A stretch of 64,000 nucleotides of DNA from Mustelus asterias (lineage: Eukaryota): NCBI RefSeq assembly GCF_964213995.1, contig NC_135830.1, positions 9,424,001 to 9,488,000 of the forward strand, written 5' to 3'. The position numbers were made by a program, and so were the translations under genes. The notes under the pieces are model-generated. The model searched no databases. It worked only from the letters and a program-made list of their open reading frames with translations, and was not told the origin of the DNA. Each line of letters begins with the position of its first letter. Positions within the stretch are counted from its first letter, which is position 1. Positions 48,241 through 60,889 of this stretch are shown one piece after another.

Positions 48241-48399
48241 CAGAATCATTGTCAGCTCCCTGGTTTGCAGCTGCGGGCTTTCTCCCTCCCGGGACAGGCC
48301 CAGGTTTACGGCCCCATCCTGGCACAGCCACTGGAGGATGGTTCACTTCAGAGGATGGGCGAGGGGAACAATAAATAAGAGGTTACAATTTGGAGAAGA

Positions 48400-49610
48400 A
48401 CAGGTAGTGTTGAGGAAGTGGGGAGACTGCAGAAGAATTTGGACAGGTTAGGAGAGTTGTCAAAGAAATGGCAGATCGAATGCCAAGTGGGAAAGTATGA
48501 GGTTATGCACTATGGTAGGACGAATACAAGCGTAGACTATTTTCTAAATGGGCAAAGGTTTTGGAAATCTGAAGCAAAAAGGGTCTTGGGAGTTTTGGTT
48601 CAGGATTCTCACCGTTCACGTGCAGGGTCAGTTGGCCTTTAGGAAGGCAAATTCAATGTCAGCTTTCATTTTTAGAGGGTTAGAATACATGAGCAGGGAT
48701 GTACTTCTGAGGCTGTATAAAGCTCTGCTCAGACCCCATTTGGAATATAGTGAGCAGTTTTGGGCTCCATACCAAAGGAAGGATGTGCTGGCCTTGGAGG
48801 TGGTCCAGAGGAGGTTCACAAGAATGATCCCAGGAATGAAGGGTTTGTCATATGAGGAGTGGTTGAGGAGTCTAGGTCTATACTCGATGGAGTTCAGAAG
48901 GATGAGCGGGGATCTAATTGAAACTTACAGAATACTGAGAGGCCCAGATAGAGTGGATGTGGAGAGAATGTTTCCACTAGTGGGAGAGATTAGAACTCGA
49001 TGGCACAACCTCAGAGTGAACGATCGCTCCTTTATAACTGAGGCAGCACAGTGGTTAGCACTGCTGCCTCACAGCACCAAGGGATCTGGGTTCAATTCTG
49101 GCCTCAGGTCACTCATTCTCTGTATGGAGTTTGCACTTACTCCCTATGTCTGCATGGGTTGCCTCCGGGTGCTCCGGTTTCTCCCCACAGTCCATCGATG
49201 TGCGGTTTAAGTTGATTCGCTGTGCTAAAATTGACCCTAGTGTCAAGGGGATTAGTAGAGTAAATGTGTAGGCTGGCGAGAATCGTCCTGGGTGGGATTG
49301 TGGTCAGTATCGACTCGATGTGCTGAATAGCCTCCTTCTGTACTGCAGGGATTCTATGGGATGAGGAGAAATTTCTTCAGCCAGAGGGTGGTGAATCTGT
49401 AGAACTCATTGCCGCAGAGAGCTGTAGAAGCTAAGTCATTGAGTGTCTTTAAGACAGAGTTAGATAGGATCTCGATCAAGAAAGGGATCTTGGGTTACGG
49501 AGACAAGGCAGGAGAATAGGGATGAGAATCATATCATGATTGAATGTTGGAGCAGACTCGATGGGCCAAATGACCTAATTCTGCTCCTACATCTTATGGT
49601 CTTATGGCCT
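48400..49610 (+). mobile_element. CR1 LINE 3' fragment with a nested V-SINE (about 49041-49357)
   Basis: LYKALLRPHLEYSEQFWAP..VQRRFTRM. The LINE resumes at gatgaggagaaatttcttc after the SINE. Confidence 0.9.
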
Positions 49611-50351
49611 CAAATCAATGAGGACTCTGATCTCTGGGAAACTATTAACAAAGGTGTCACAGTGGTTAGCATTGCTGCCTTACAGTGCCAGGGTCCCGAG
49701 TTCAATTCCGGCCTTGGGTGACTGTCCGCGTGGAGATTGTATGTTCTCCCTGTGTCTGTGTGGGTTTCCTTTCGGTGCTCAGTTTCCTCCCAGACTCCAA
49801 AGATGTGATGGTTCCGTGTTGCGGAGTGATGTCTCTCAAGCTACAATGCCCTGGAAACAGACAAGCGACCTATTCCTGATCGAACTAGCTATGGAAACAG
49901 ACAAACGCCTGTGTTAGTGCACCACGAGGTACAGGAATAGATTTGGAAAAGGTGAATGATGTGGATTGTGATGATATTCATTATACTTTTGTAGTGAGTG
50001 TTTGCTAAACATGGACTGCAGCGATTCAAGAAGGCAGATCACCACCACCTTCTCAAGGGAAACGAGGGATGGGCAATAGATGCTGGCCAGCCAGCGACGC
50101 CCAGGTCCCACGAATGAATTTTTAAAAAATGTTAAATGAAAACAACAGATCATGCATGGGCTTAAAAGATTCTCCAGCTCTCCCTTCTCCTGTATCGATT
50201 TTGTGTATAATTCTCATTGAGAATTCCTTCAATTGTCCCAATCCAAATCCCTTTTACTTTAATTTCACTCCATTGGACCACGGTCTTAATAGTTTCAATT
50301 CCACTTTTTTATGGAGCATGTCTAATTGACTTGCAAAAAGTGACGAGCGGT

Positions 50352-50948
50352 GTTCATGAAAGGATGTCCTGAGGCATGTTACATTGAGGAAACCATGCAG
50401 ACGCTGCGACAACTGCTGAATAAGCAACGCTGGACAATTACCAGGCAAGACTGTTCTCTTCCTGTTGGGGAGCACTTCAGCGGTCACGGGTATTCGGCCT
50501 CTGATATTCGGGTAAGCGTTCTCCAAGACGGCCTTCATGACACTCGACGGCGCAGAGCCGCTGAGCAGAAACTGATTGCCAAGTCCCGCACACATGAGGA
50601 CGGCCTCAACCGGGATATTGGGTTCATGTCACACTATCTGTAATCCCCACAACTTGCCTGGACTTGCAGAGTCTCACTGGCTGTCCTGTCTGGAGACAAT
50701 GCAGATCTCTTTAACGTGTCTTGATGCTCTCTCCACTCACATTGTTTGTACCTTTAAGACTTGATTAGCTGTAAGTATTCGCATTCCAACCATTATTCTG
50801 TAAATTGAGTTTGTGATTTTGTATGCTCTGTTTGTGAACAGAATTCGCACTCACCTGAATAAGGAGCTTAAGGCTCCGAAAGCTTGTGGCTTTTGCGACC
50901 AAATAAACCTGTTGGACTTTAACCTGGTGTTGTTAAACTTCTTACTGT
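50352..50948 (+). mobile_element. Penelope-like 3' fragment (GIY-YIG C-terminus plus 3' repeat)
   Basis: KGCPEACYIEETMQTLRQ..GEHFSGHG..GLNRDIGFMSHY. Hammerhead-like motif at 50852-50888, with the core mutated to CTGAATA. Confidence 0.9.
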
Positions 50949-51334
50949 TCTTAAACTGCGGCAGTCCTTGAGGTATAGACACACCAACGCGCGGGGAGTT
51001 CACGCATTGTCGCCCAGCAACAATGAAGGAACAACAATATATTTACAAGTCGGATTGGTGAGTGACCTGGAGGGGAACCTCCACAACGTGGTTTTCCCAG
51101 CATCTGCTGCTCTTGTCCTAGAAGGTAGTGGTTGTGGGTTTGGAATGTGCTGTCTCTGTGTCACCCAATGTCTCCCTGTTTCTGATCCTTTCTTTTGGCT
51201 CCTTGTTACTGCCTTATTCTTTCTGTCTCACTCAGTCTCCGCCCTCTTTCCCAGCCCCTGTTTCCCTGCCCCTGTGTCTGTCACTTTATTTGTATTCCAC
51301 TGTTTCTGTCCCTCACTGTATCTGTCTCTCTTTC

Positions 51335-52005
51335 ACAGAATCACAGAATCCTACAGTGCAGAAAAGGCCCCTCAGCTCATCGAGTCCGCACCCACGCATG
51401 AAATGCCCTTACCTGCCCACGTAATCCCACTTGGCAGCACTTGTCCCATAGTCTTGAATGTTATAGGTGCCAAGTACTGATCCAGGTACTTTTTGAAGGA
51501 TGTGAGGTATCCCACTACCACCACCCTCCCAGGCAGCGCATTCCAGACCGTCATCACCCTCTGAGTAAAGAGTTTTTTCCTCAAATCCCCCCTAAACCTC
51601 CCACCCCTCGCTTTTAACTTGTGTCCCCTCGTAACTGACCTTTCAAAGAAAGGGAACAGATGCTCCCTATCCATCCTGTCCATGTCCCTCATAATCTTGA
51701 ACACCTCAATCAGGTCGCCCCCTCAGTCTACTCTGCTCCAACGAAAACAACCCAAGCCTACCCAAACTCTCTTCATAATTTAAACGTTCCATCTCAGGCA
51801 TCATCCTGGTAAATCTCCTCTGCACCCCCTTCCAGGGCGTTCAGGTCCTTTCTTAAATGTGGCGACCAGAACTGCACTCCAGCTGTGGCCCAAACAAAGT
51901 TCTATACAAGTCCTTATTGCCTGCATGTTTTTGTAATCTAAGCACCGATTGGAAAAGGGGAGTGTTTCGTATGCCCTTTTCACGACCCTATTTCCCTGCC
52001 ATCCC
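51335..52005 (-). mobile_element. CR1 LINE 3' fragment
   Basis: FKIMRDMDRMDREHLFP..TRGHKLK..FTQRVMTVWNALP; (cacagaat)n tail. Confidence 0.88.
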
Positions 52006-52058
52006 GCCTCTTATTTCTGTTCCCTCTGTTTTCTGCCTCTCTCTCTCTCAGTACCCCT

Positions 52059-52192
52059 NNNNNNNNNNNNNNNNNNNNNNNNNNNNNNNNNNNNNNNNNN
52101 NNNNNNNNNNNNNNNNNNNNNNNNNNNNNNNNNNNNNNNNNNNNNNNNNNNNNNNNNNNNNNNNNNNNNNNNNNNNNNNNNNNNNNNNNNNN
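52059..52192. other. Assembly gap (134 N)
   Basis: Run of n. Confidence 0.99.
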
Positions 52193-55020
52193 CTCTCTCC
52201 CTGCCCCTCTATCTCCCTCTCTCTCTGCATCTCTCTGTCTTTGTCTCTTTCCCTCTACCTCCCTCTCTCTCTCCCTGCCTCTCTCTCTCTCTGCATTTCT
52301 CTCTCTCTCTCGCCCTGAATCTCTCTCTCTTCCTCTCCTTGTCCTACTCTCTCTGTGTCTCTCTGCCTCTCTCTCTCTCCCTCACTGCCACCCACCCCCC
52401 ATCTCTCCCTGATCCTCTATCGCACTCACTCCAAGCCTCTCTCTCTCTCTCTCTCTCCCCCTGCCTAACTCTCCCACCATCCCTGCCCCTCTATCCCTCT
52501 CTTTACCTGCCCCACCTCTCCCTCTTCCTGCCTCTCTCTCCCTCCATCCTTCTCTCTGTTTCTGCCTCTCTCTCTCCCTCTCTCTCTCCCTTCCTGTCTC
52601 TTTTTATCTATCCCCCACCTCTCTCTCTCTCTCCCTGCCTCTCTTACTCTCTCTCCCTGCCTCTCGCTCTCTCTCTGCCTGTCTCTCGCTCTCTCTCTCC
52701 CTGCCTCCCGTTTTCTCTCTCTCTCCCCCTGCCTCTCTCTCTCTCTCCCTGCCTCTCGCTTTCTCGCTGCCTCACTGTCCCTCTCCCCCTGCCTCTCTCT
52801 GTCCCTGCCTCTCTCTCCCTACCTACTTTCTTCCTCTCCCTGCTTCTCTCTCTCTCCCACTGCCTCTCCCTCTCTCTCCCTGCCTCCCTCTCTCGCTCTC
52901 TGTCTCTCCCTGCCTCCTCTCTCTCCCTGCCTCCGTCTCTCTCCCTGACACACTCTCTCTCTCTATCCCTAAGTCTCTCACTCTCTCCCTCTCCCTGCCT
53001 CTCTCTCTCTCCCTGCTTCTCTATCTCTCCATTCCTGCCTCTCTCTCACTCTCTCCCTGTCTCTCTCTCCCCCTGCCTCGCTCCCTGTCTCTCTGCCCCG
53101 CCCCTCTCTCCCTCTCCCTGCCCCTCTCTCCCTGCCTCTCTTTTTGTCTCTCCCTGCCTCTCTCTCTGTCCCTATCTCTCTCTCTCCCTCTCCCCTGCCT
53201 TTCTTCTACTCTCTCCCTGCCTCTCGCTCTCTCTCCCTCCCTTCCTCGCTCTCTTTCTGCCTGCTTCTCTCTGTCACCCTGCCTCTCCCACTCTCTCGCA
53301 CTGTCTGCCTCTCTCTTCCTGCCTCTCTCTATCTCTCTCCCTGCCTCTCTCCCCCTCTCCCCCATCTCTCCTCCTCTCTGTTCCCTGCCTCTCACTCTCT
53401 CTCTGACTGCTTCTCTCACTCACCCTGTCTCTCTCTCTCTCTCTCTCTCTCACTCCCTGCCTCACTCTCTCTCTGACTGACGTTCCCTCTCTCTCACTCT
53501 CTCCCTGCCTCTCTCTCTCTCTCCCTCTTTCCCTTCCTTTCTTCCTCTCTCTCCCTACCTCTCGCTCTCTCCCTCCCTGCCTCGCTCTCTTTCTGCCTGC
53601 TTCTCTGTCTCACCCTGTCTCTGTCTCTCTCTCTCCCTCCTTCTCTCTCTCTCCCTGCCTCTCTTTCTTTCTCCCTGCCTCTCTCTCTCCCTCTCTGCCT
53701 GTCTCTCTTCCTCTCTGTCCCTGCCTCTCTCTCTCCCTGCCTCGCTCCCTGTCTGACTGCTTCTCTCTCTCCACCTGCCTCCCTCTCTCTCACTCACTCT
53801 GCTTCTCTCTCCCTCTCTCCTTCTCTATATTTCTGCCTCTCTCTTTCCTCTCTCTCTCCCCCTCTATCCCTGCCTCTTTTTCTCTATCCACCTGACTCTC
53901 TCAATCTCTCTCCCTGCCTCTCTCTATCTCCCTCTCTCCCTGCCTCTCTTCCTCTCTCTCCCTGCCTTTCGCTCTCTCTCTCTCTCTGCCGGCTTCTCTC
54001 TCTCGCCCTGCCTCTCTCTCTCTCTATCTCTCTCTCCCTGCCTTTCTTTCTCTCTCTCTCTGCCTGCCCTTCTCTCTCTTTCTCTTTCTCCCTGCCTCAC
54101 TCTCTCTCCCTGCCTCGCGCTCTCTCTCTCCCCGCCTCTCTCTCTCCCTGCCTCTCTCTCCCTCTCTGCCTCGCTCTCTGCCTCATTCTCTCCCTACCAC
54201 TCTCTCTCCCCCTGCCTCGCTCTCTCTCTCCCCCTGCCTCTCTCTCGTTCCTCTCTCTCTCTCTCCCTGCTTCGCTTCGTCTACCTCTCTCCCTGTCTCT
54301 CTCTCTTTCTCTCCCTGCCCCTCTCTCTATTTCCCTGGCTCTCTGTCTCTCTCCCTGTTTCTCTCTCGCTCTCTCTCCCTGCCTCTCTCTCCCTGCCTGT
54401 CTCTCCCGGCCTCTCTCTCCCTGCCTCTCTCTCCCGGCCTCTCTCTCCCTGCCTCTCTCTCTCCCTGCCTCTCTCTCTCTCTGTCTCTCTCTCGTTCTCG
54501 CCATGCCTGTCCCTCTCTGTCTCTTTCTCCCTGCCTCTCTCTCTTTCCCTGTTCCACTCTCTCTCAGATTCACTCTCTGTCTTCGTTTCTCTCCCTCTCT
54601 CTGTCTCTGTCTCTCTCTCTCTTTCTCTCTCTCTCTTTCTCTCTGTTTCTGTGTGTATGTGAGTGTGTGTGTTTCTCTCTCTACCTATCTCTGTTTCTTT
54701 CTCCCTCTCTCCATTTCTTTCTCTCTTTTCTGGCCCCCGCGGCTGTCTCCCTGTTTCTCTTTCTCTCTCTGTAGCTGTCTCTCCCTTTTGGCCTCTGCTT
54801 CTGTCTTCCCGCGTCTCTCTGGTTACCTTTCTGTATTAATCTGTTTCTCTCTCCGTCTTTCTCTGCCATTTTGTTCCTTTCTATCTCTATTTCTGTTTTT
54901 CAATCTCTGTCGCTGCTTTTTCGTCTCTCCTGTCTGTTTCCCTTGTGTTCCTCTTTCTGTTACTCCTTCTCTCTTTCCATCCCTGTTGTTGTTTTAACTC
55001 TGTTTCTCTCTCTCTCTCTT
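52193..55020 (+). repeat. ~2.8-kb polypyrimidine low-complexity/minisatellite tract, (CT)n-CCCTGC units
   Basis: Recurrent ctctctctccctgcct with very few purines on +. It produces the spurious Ser/Leu/Pro and Glu/Arg ORFs. Confidence 0.95.
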
Positions 55021-55259
55021 TTTCGTGGTCAGTTCCGAGAAGAGTTTTGTGCTGTGAGGTTTATTTTGGTTTTGTGGATGTTAGCAGCTGACACCTTTTC
55101 TCAGGAAGTGACCAAGTCTCAGATGCTATCGCAAGTTTCTGGACCAAACCCTTCAATTCTTGCACTGAACGGATTCAATTCGTCAGCAGTTTCTGAAGAT
55201 TCTCTCAGCCTCTTTCGTCCATCATCTTTCTGCACCTTCCAATCCGCAGCAATCAACCA

Positions 55260-55317
55260 ATGGATCCAATGTATGGAAAGCTGTGGGGAACCCTGATCCT
55301 GCTGTCACTGTGGAGTG
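55260..55317 (+). CDS. Candidate signal-peptide first exon of an unidentified gene
   Basis: ATG..MDPMYGKLWGTLILLSLWS plus 1 nt, then a consensus GTGAGT donor (phase 1). Upstream are an E-box CAGCTG (about 55085) and an ETS site CAGGAAGTG (55102). Confidence 0.55.
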
Positions 55318-57300
55318 GTGAGTGAGGGAGGGAATGGTGAGTGAGGGAGGGAGTGGTGAGTGAGGGAGGGAAAGAGTGACCGAGGGATTGGTGAGTGAGT
55401 TATGGAGAGAGCGAGTGGTGAGTGACTGATGGAAAGAGTGACGGAGGAAGTGGTGACTGAGTGAGGGAGGGAGTGGTAAGTGAGTGAGGGAGGGAATGGT
55501 GAATGAAGGAGGGAGTTGTGTGTGAGGGAGGGAAAGAGTGATGGAGGGAGGCAGTTGTGAAGGGGTGAGGGATAGAGTGAGGGAGGGACAGGGAAGGAAT
55601 GGTGAGTGAGTTATAGAGTGAGTAGTAAGGGAGGAAGTTTTGAGTGATGAAGGGGTTAATGAGGGAGAGAGTGGTGATGGAGGAAATGAAGAAAGTGGGA
55701 AGGGGTGGGAGTGAAGAGAGGGAGTAGGAGGAAGGGAGTGAGAGAGGATGAGTGAGAAAGAGGCATTGAGAGGGAGGGAGCCACAGAGAGAGTCAGCAAG
55801 AGTGAGAGAATCAAGGGGAGGATGTGAGACGAAAAAGTGAAAAGATGGAGTGAAGCAGATGAATTGAGTTCGCGGCTGAGAGAGAGGGAGTGGTAGAGGA
55901 TGTGTGGGGAAGGGGTGTGTGAGATAGGATTACTGTGATGGAGAGTGACTATGATGGAGGGTGACTTTGATGGAGGGTGACTATGATGGAGGGTGAGAGT
56001 GCGGGGGAGGTGGTGAGTGCAAAGGAGTGGACAGAGTGGTGAAGAAGGCATTCGGCATATTTGGTTTACTCGTTCAGACCATGAATACAGCAGTTGGGAC
56101 GTCTTGTTGAATTTGTCCAAGACATTGGTAAGGCCATACTTCGAATGCTGTGTACAGTTCTGGTCATCCTATTATATAAAGGAGATTATTAAACTAGAAA
56201 GAATGTAGAAAACATTTATTAGGATGTTACCGGGACCCCATGGTTTGAGTTATAAGGAGAGGCTGGATAGACTGGGACATTTTTCCCTGGAGAGCAGGAG
56301 ACTGAGGAGGACTTAGTGGTGAGAATAGTGGTCTGTAAGATAATGAGGGGCATAGATCAGTTAGATAGTCAACATCTTTTCCCAGAGGTAGGGGAAAACT
56401 AGAGGACATAGATTTAAGGTGAGAGGGGAGAGATACAAAGAGGAAATTTTTTTCACAGAAGTTAGTGAGTGTCTGGAACAAGCTGCCAGAGATAGTAGTG
56501 GAGACGGGTACAATTGTGCCTTTTAAAAAACGTTTAGACAGCTACATGGTTCAGATGGGTATACAGGGATATGGGTCAAATGCAGGCAATCGGGACTAGC
56601 TTCGTGGTTAAAAAAAAAAGGGTGGCAGGGACAAGTTGGGCAGAAGGGCCGGTTTCTATGCTATAAACCTCTATGACACTAGAGTGCAGAGGACGGGGGG
56701 AGGGAGTGGGAGGGTGGGGTTGAGGGAGGAGGTGAGTGCAGGGAAGGGTGGAGGAGGGAGTGAGGACGAGTGAGGGCAGGGACGGTGAAACTGCGGAGGA
56801 GGGCGAGTGTGCAGGAAAGGATGTGAGGGAGGGAGAATGTTTAAGAGGAAAGGGTGTGAGTTGTGAGTGAGCATCAGCGTGAGTGAATATGTGTGAGGGA
56901 GAGGAACAGTGAGTCTGAAGGACGGTGTGAGTGTGAGAGAGAGTGTGTGAGGGAGAGGGAGGTGGAGAGTGTGGCAGAGGGGGTGAGTATGAGGGAGAAC
57001 ACACATGAGGAAGTGGGTGTGAAGGAAAGAATGTGAGAGAAAGAGAATGCATAAGAAGGAGAGGTTTGAGGGTGGGTATGATGGTGAGGGTGTGTGAGGG
57101 TATAAGTGAGGGTGCTTAAGGAATGGTGTGTGAGGGGTTAAGGGAGAAGGGGTGAGGGAAACGGGTGGGGGTGTGTGAGGGAGACAATGTGAGGGGGAGG
57201 TGGTGAGCTTGTGATGGAGGGTGCCTATCGGGTAGAGGGTGTGTGCAGGAGGGTGAGAGGGGCGTGTGTGAGTGTGAGGGAGTGTCTGAGTGTGAGGCAG
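55318..57300 (+). repeat. G/A-rich low-complexity tracts (GGTGAGTGAGGGAGGGA-like), interrupted by a CR1 3' end at about 56030-56675
   Basis: Direct reading of the sequence. CR1 peptide LVRPYFECCVQFWS. Confidence 0.85.
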
Positions 57301-57456
57301 TTGAGGACAGGCAGTACAAAGCTGTTGAACTTTTCAATTTGATCTTGTCTACTTTGGGATCAAACACCATCTACTCACCTTTTCCTGAAATCCCTTTGAT
57401 TCAGAAAAAACCTCTCTCAGTCTCATTTTGAAATTCAGATTTGATGGCGTCTCATT

Positions 57457-58726
57457 TAGAACCATAGAACATTACAGCAGAAAAGCAGGCCTTTTGGCCC
57501 TTCTTGCCTATGCCGAACCATTTTTGTGCCTAGTCCCACTGACCTGCACCTGGACCATATTCCTCCACACCCCTCTCACCCATGTACCTGTCCAAGTTTT
57601 TCTTAAATATTAAAAGCATTCACCACCTCATCTGGCAGCTCATTCCAAACTCCCACCACTCTCCGTGTGAAGAAGCCCCCCCTTATATTCCCTTTAAACT
57701 TTCCCCCCTCACCCATGTCCTCTAGTTATTTTCTCCCCTTGCCTCAGTGGAAAAAGCCTGCTTGCATTCACTCTATCTACACCCATCATAATTTTATACA
57801 CCTGTATCAAATCTCCCCTCATTCTTCTACGCTCCAGGGAATAAAGTCCTAACCTATGTATACCTAGCGACTGAACCTTCCTGACTAACCTCCCATGCGG
57901 GGCCTTGTCAAAGGCCTTACTGAAGTCCATGTAGACAACATTCACTGCCTTCCCTTCATCCACTTTCCTGGTAACCTCTTCAAAAAACTCTCATACATTA
58001 GTTAAACATGACCTACCACGCACAAAGCCATGTTGGCTCTCCCGAATAAGCTCCTGTCTATCCAAATATATGTAGATCCTATCTCTTAATACTCATTCCA
58101 ATAGTTTACCTACTACTGACGTCAAACTTACCGGCCTATAATTCTCGCATTACTTTTTGAGCCTTTTTTATACAACGGAGCAATATGAGCTATCCTCCAA
58201 TCATCCGGCACCTCATCCATGGATACCGACATTTTAAATATATCTGCCAGGGCCCATGCAATTTCAACACTAGTCTCCTTCAAGGTCCGAGGGAATACCC
58301 TGTCCGGTCCTGGGGATTTATCTACTCTGATTTGCCCCAAGACAACAAGCACCTCCTCCCGTTTAATCTGTATAGGTTCCATGACCTTCCTACTTGTTTC
58401 CCTTATTTCTAGAGACTCCATGCCAGTTTCCTTAGTAAATACGGATGCAGAAAACCCATTTAATATCTCCCCCATTTCTTTTGGTTCCATACATAGCCGA
58501 CAACTCTGATCTTCAAGAGGACCAATTTTATCCCTTACTATTCTTTCGCCCTTAATATACCTGTAGAAGCTCTTAGGATTATCCTTCACCTCGTCTGCCA
58601 AAGCAACCTCATGTCTTCTTTTAGCCTTCCTGATTTCTTTCTTAAGTAGTTTCTTGGACTTTTTATACTCTTCAAGCACCTTATTTGCTCCCTGTTGCCC
58701 ATACATGTCATACATCTCTCTCTTCT
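57457..58726 (-). mobile_element. CR1 LINE ORF2 fragments (internally deleted)
   Basis: KDNPKSFYRYIK..DKSPGPDRVFPRTLKE..VPDDWRIA; VYMDFSKAFDKAPH joined to LGLYSLERRR. Confidence 0.92.
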
Positions 58727-58879
58727 AAAATCATTTGTTGATTTTAGAAATATTTCTCATGTCTGCCTCTCATTGTTACAGCATAACCTCTAACCCTCAT
58801 CTTCTCAGTCAGCTACTCAGAAACGGATCACCTCCCCCCGCCCCCCCCCCTCCGCCCCGCATATCGCTTGATCCCTTGA

Positions 58880-60170
58880 GTTATACCTAATATATTGAAA
58901 TCACAACTTAACTTCTTGCTGTGGTATTGAATTCCACAGATTCACCATTCACTGGCTGAAGACATTTTTATTCACCTCAGTCTTAATCAGTACATCCCTT
59001 TTCCTCAAAGTACGACACCTAATTCTGGACTCCCGCACCATCAGGAACATTCTGAATCTACCCAATCTAATGCTGTTAGAATTTAATAATTTCTATGAGA
59101 TCCCCTCTCACTCTTGTAAACGCCAGTGAATATAGCCCTAATTGATTTAGTCTCTCCTCACATGACGGACCTGCCACCCCATGAATGAGCCTGGCAACCC
59201 TTTGCTGCTTGCCCCCTATAGCAAGGATACCCTTCGTCAGATACGGACACCACAACTGCACACAATACTCAAAGTGTGGCCTCACCAACACCCGACACAA
59301 TTGCAATAAAACATCCCTAATCCGACACTCTTATCTCTCGTTATGAAGGCCAACATACTATTTGCCTTCTTTACTGCCTGCTGTCCCGAAGTGCTTACTT
59401 TCGGCAACTGATGCACGAGGACACCAAGTTATCGGTGAGAATCCACCTCTCTCAATTTACACCCATTCAGATAATAATCTGTCTTCCTATTATTGCCACC
59501 AAAGTGGATAATCTCACATTTGTCCACGTTATACTGCATCTGCCATGCTTATGCGCACTCATTCAGCCTGTCCAAATCACGTTAAAGAATCCCTGCATCC
59601 CCCTCACAGCTCATCCTCCCACCATAATTTGTCATCTGCAAATTTGGAGATAATGCATTTCGTTCCCTCTTCCGAATCATCAATCTATCATGTGAACAGT
59701 TGGGACCCCAGCACAGGTCCCTGCAGTAGTCCACGAGTCACTGCTTACCAACTGAAAAAAGACCAATTTATGCCAACTCTTTGTTCCCTGCCTGCTAACT
59801 ACCTTTCTATCCATCTCAAGACACTAACTTCTTAAAAGCCTTCTGAAAGTCCAAATAAATCACATTCTCCAGTTCTCTTCTACTAGTTACATTCTCAAAT
59901 AATTCCAATAGATTCATCAAGCATGATTTCTCCTTTGTAAATAGATGCTGGCATTGTCTGATTATTCCACTGTTTTCCAACTGCTGAATTTTGAAATACT
60001 TGATAATGGACTCTAGCTTCTTCCCCAATACTGATGTCAGGCTCACTCGTCCATCGTACCCTGTTTCTCTCTACCTCCCTTTCTGAAGAGTGGGCTCACA
60101 TTATCTACCCTCCAATCTGCAGTAACCAGTACAGAGTCCAAAGAACTGGAAAATGACACAAAACGTGTCC
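58880..60170 (-). mobile_element. Decayed CR1 LINE ORF2 fragment
   Basis: SLTSVLGKKLESII..KSCLMNLLELFE..YLDFQKAF; LVRPHFEYCVQLW. Confidence 0.88.
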
Positions 60171-60179
60171 CAATTTCAT

Positions 60180-60830
60180 AGAATCACAGAATTCATGCAG
60201 TTCAGAAGGAAGCCGTTTGGCCTATCGAGTTTGCACCGACCATAATGCCACCCAGGCCCTATTCCCATAACCCCACATATTTACCCTGCCAATCCCCTGA
60301 CACTCGGGTCAATTTAGTATGGCCAATCAACCTAACATGCATGCGACACGGTGGCACAGTGGTTAACACTGCTGCCTCACATCGCCAGTGATCTGGGTTC
60401 GATTCCTGGCTTGGGTCACTGAAAGTGCGGAGCCTGCACGTTCTCCCCGTGTCTGCGTGGGTTTCCTCCGGGTTCTCCGGTTTCCTCCCACGCTCCAAGG
60501 ATGTGCGGGTTCGGTGGATTGGCCATGCTAAATTGCCCCATAGTGTCAGAGGGACAAGCTTGGTTAAATGCATGGGGTTTCGGGGATAGAGCCTGGCTGG
60601 GATTGCGTTCCTTGCAGCATTGATGGGCCGAATGGCCTCCTTCTGCACTGTAGGAATCTTTAACTCTGTAACTTCGGACTGTCGGAGGAAACCGGGGCAC
60701 CCGGAGGAAACCCACACAGACACGGGGAGAACGTGCAAACTCTAAACAGACAGTGATCGAGGCTGGAATTAAAGCCGGATCGCTCGTGCATTGAGGCAGC
60801 AGTACTAGCCACTGTGCCATCCTGCCATCC
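60180..60830. mobile_element. V-SINE (+, about 60343-60660) nested within an oppositely oriented V-SINE (-)
   Basis: A minus-strand tail/core (60180-60340) and head (60672-60828) bracket a complete plus-strand copy. Confidence 0.85.
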
Positions 60831-60889
60831 CCGTCTCGGGCTATTTCGTTATGTACTCTGAGATGAAGATTATAAGGCCTTAGAGAACT

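Noticed and set aside
51949-54997. Long ORFs (485 aa and others) rich in S/L/P or E/R
   Set aside because: Translations of the (CT)n-rich tract; some span the N gap.
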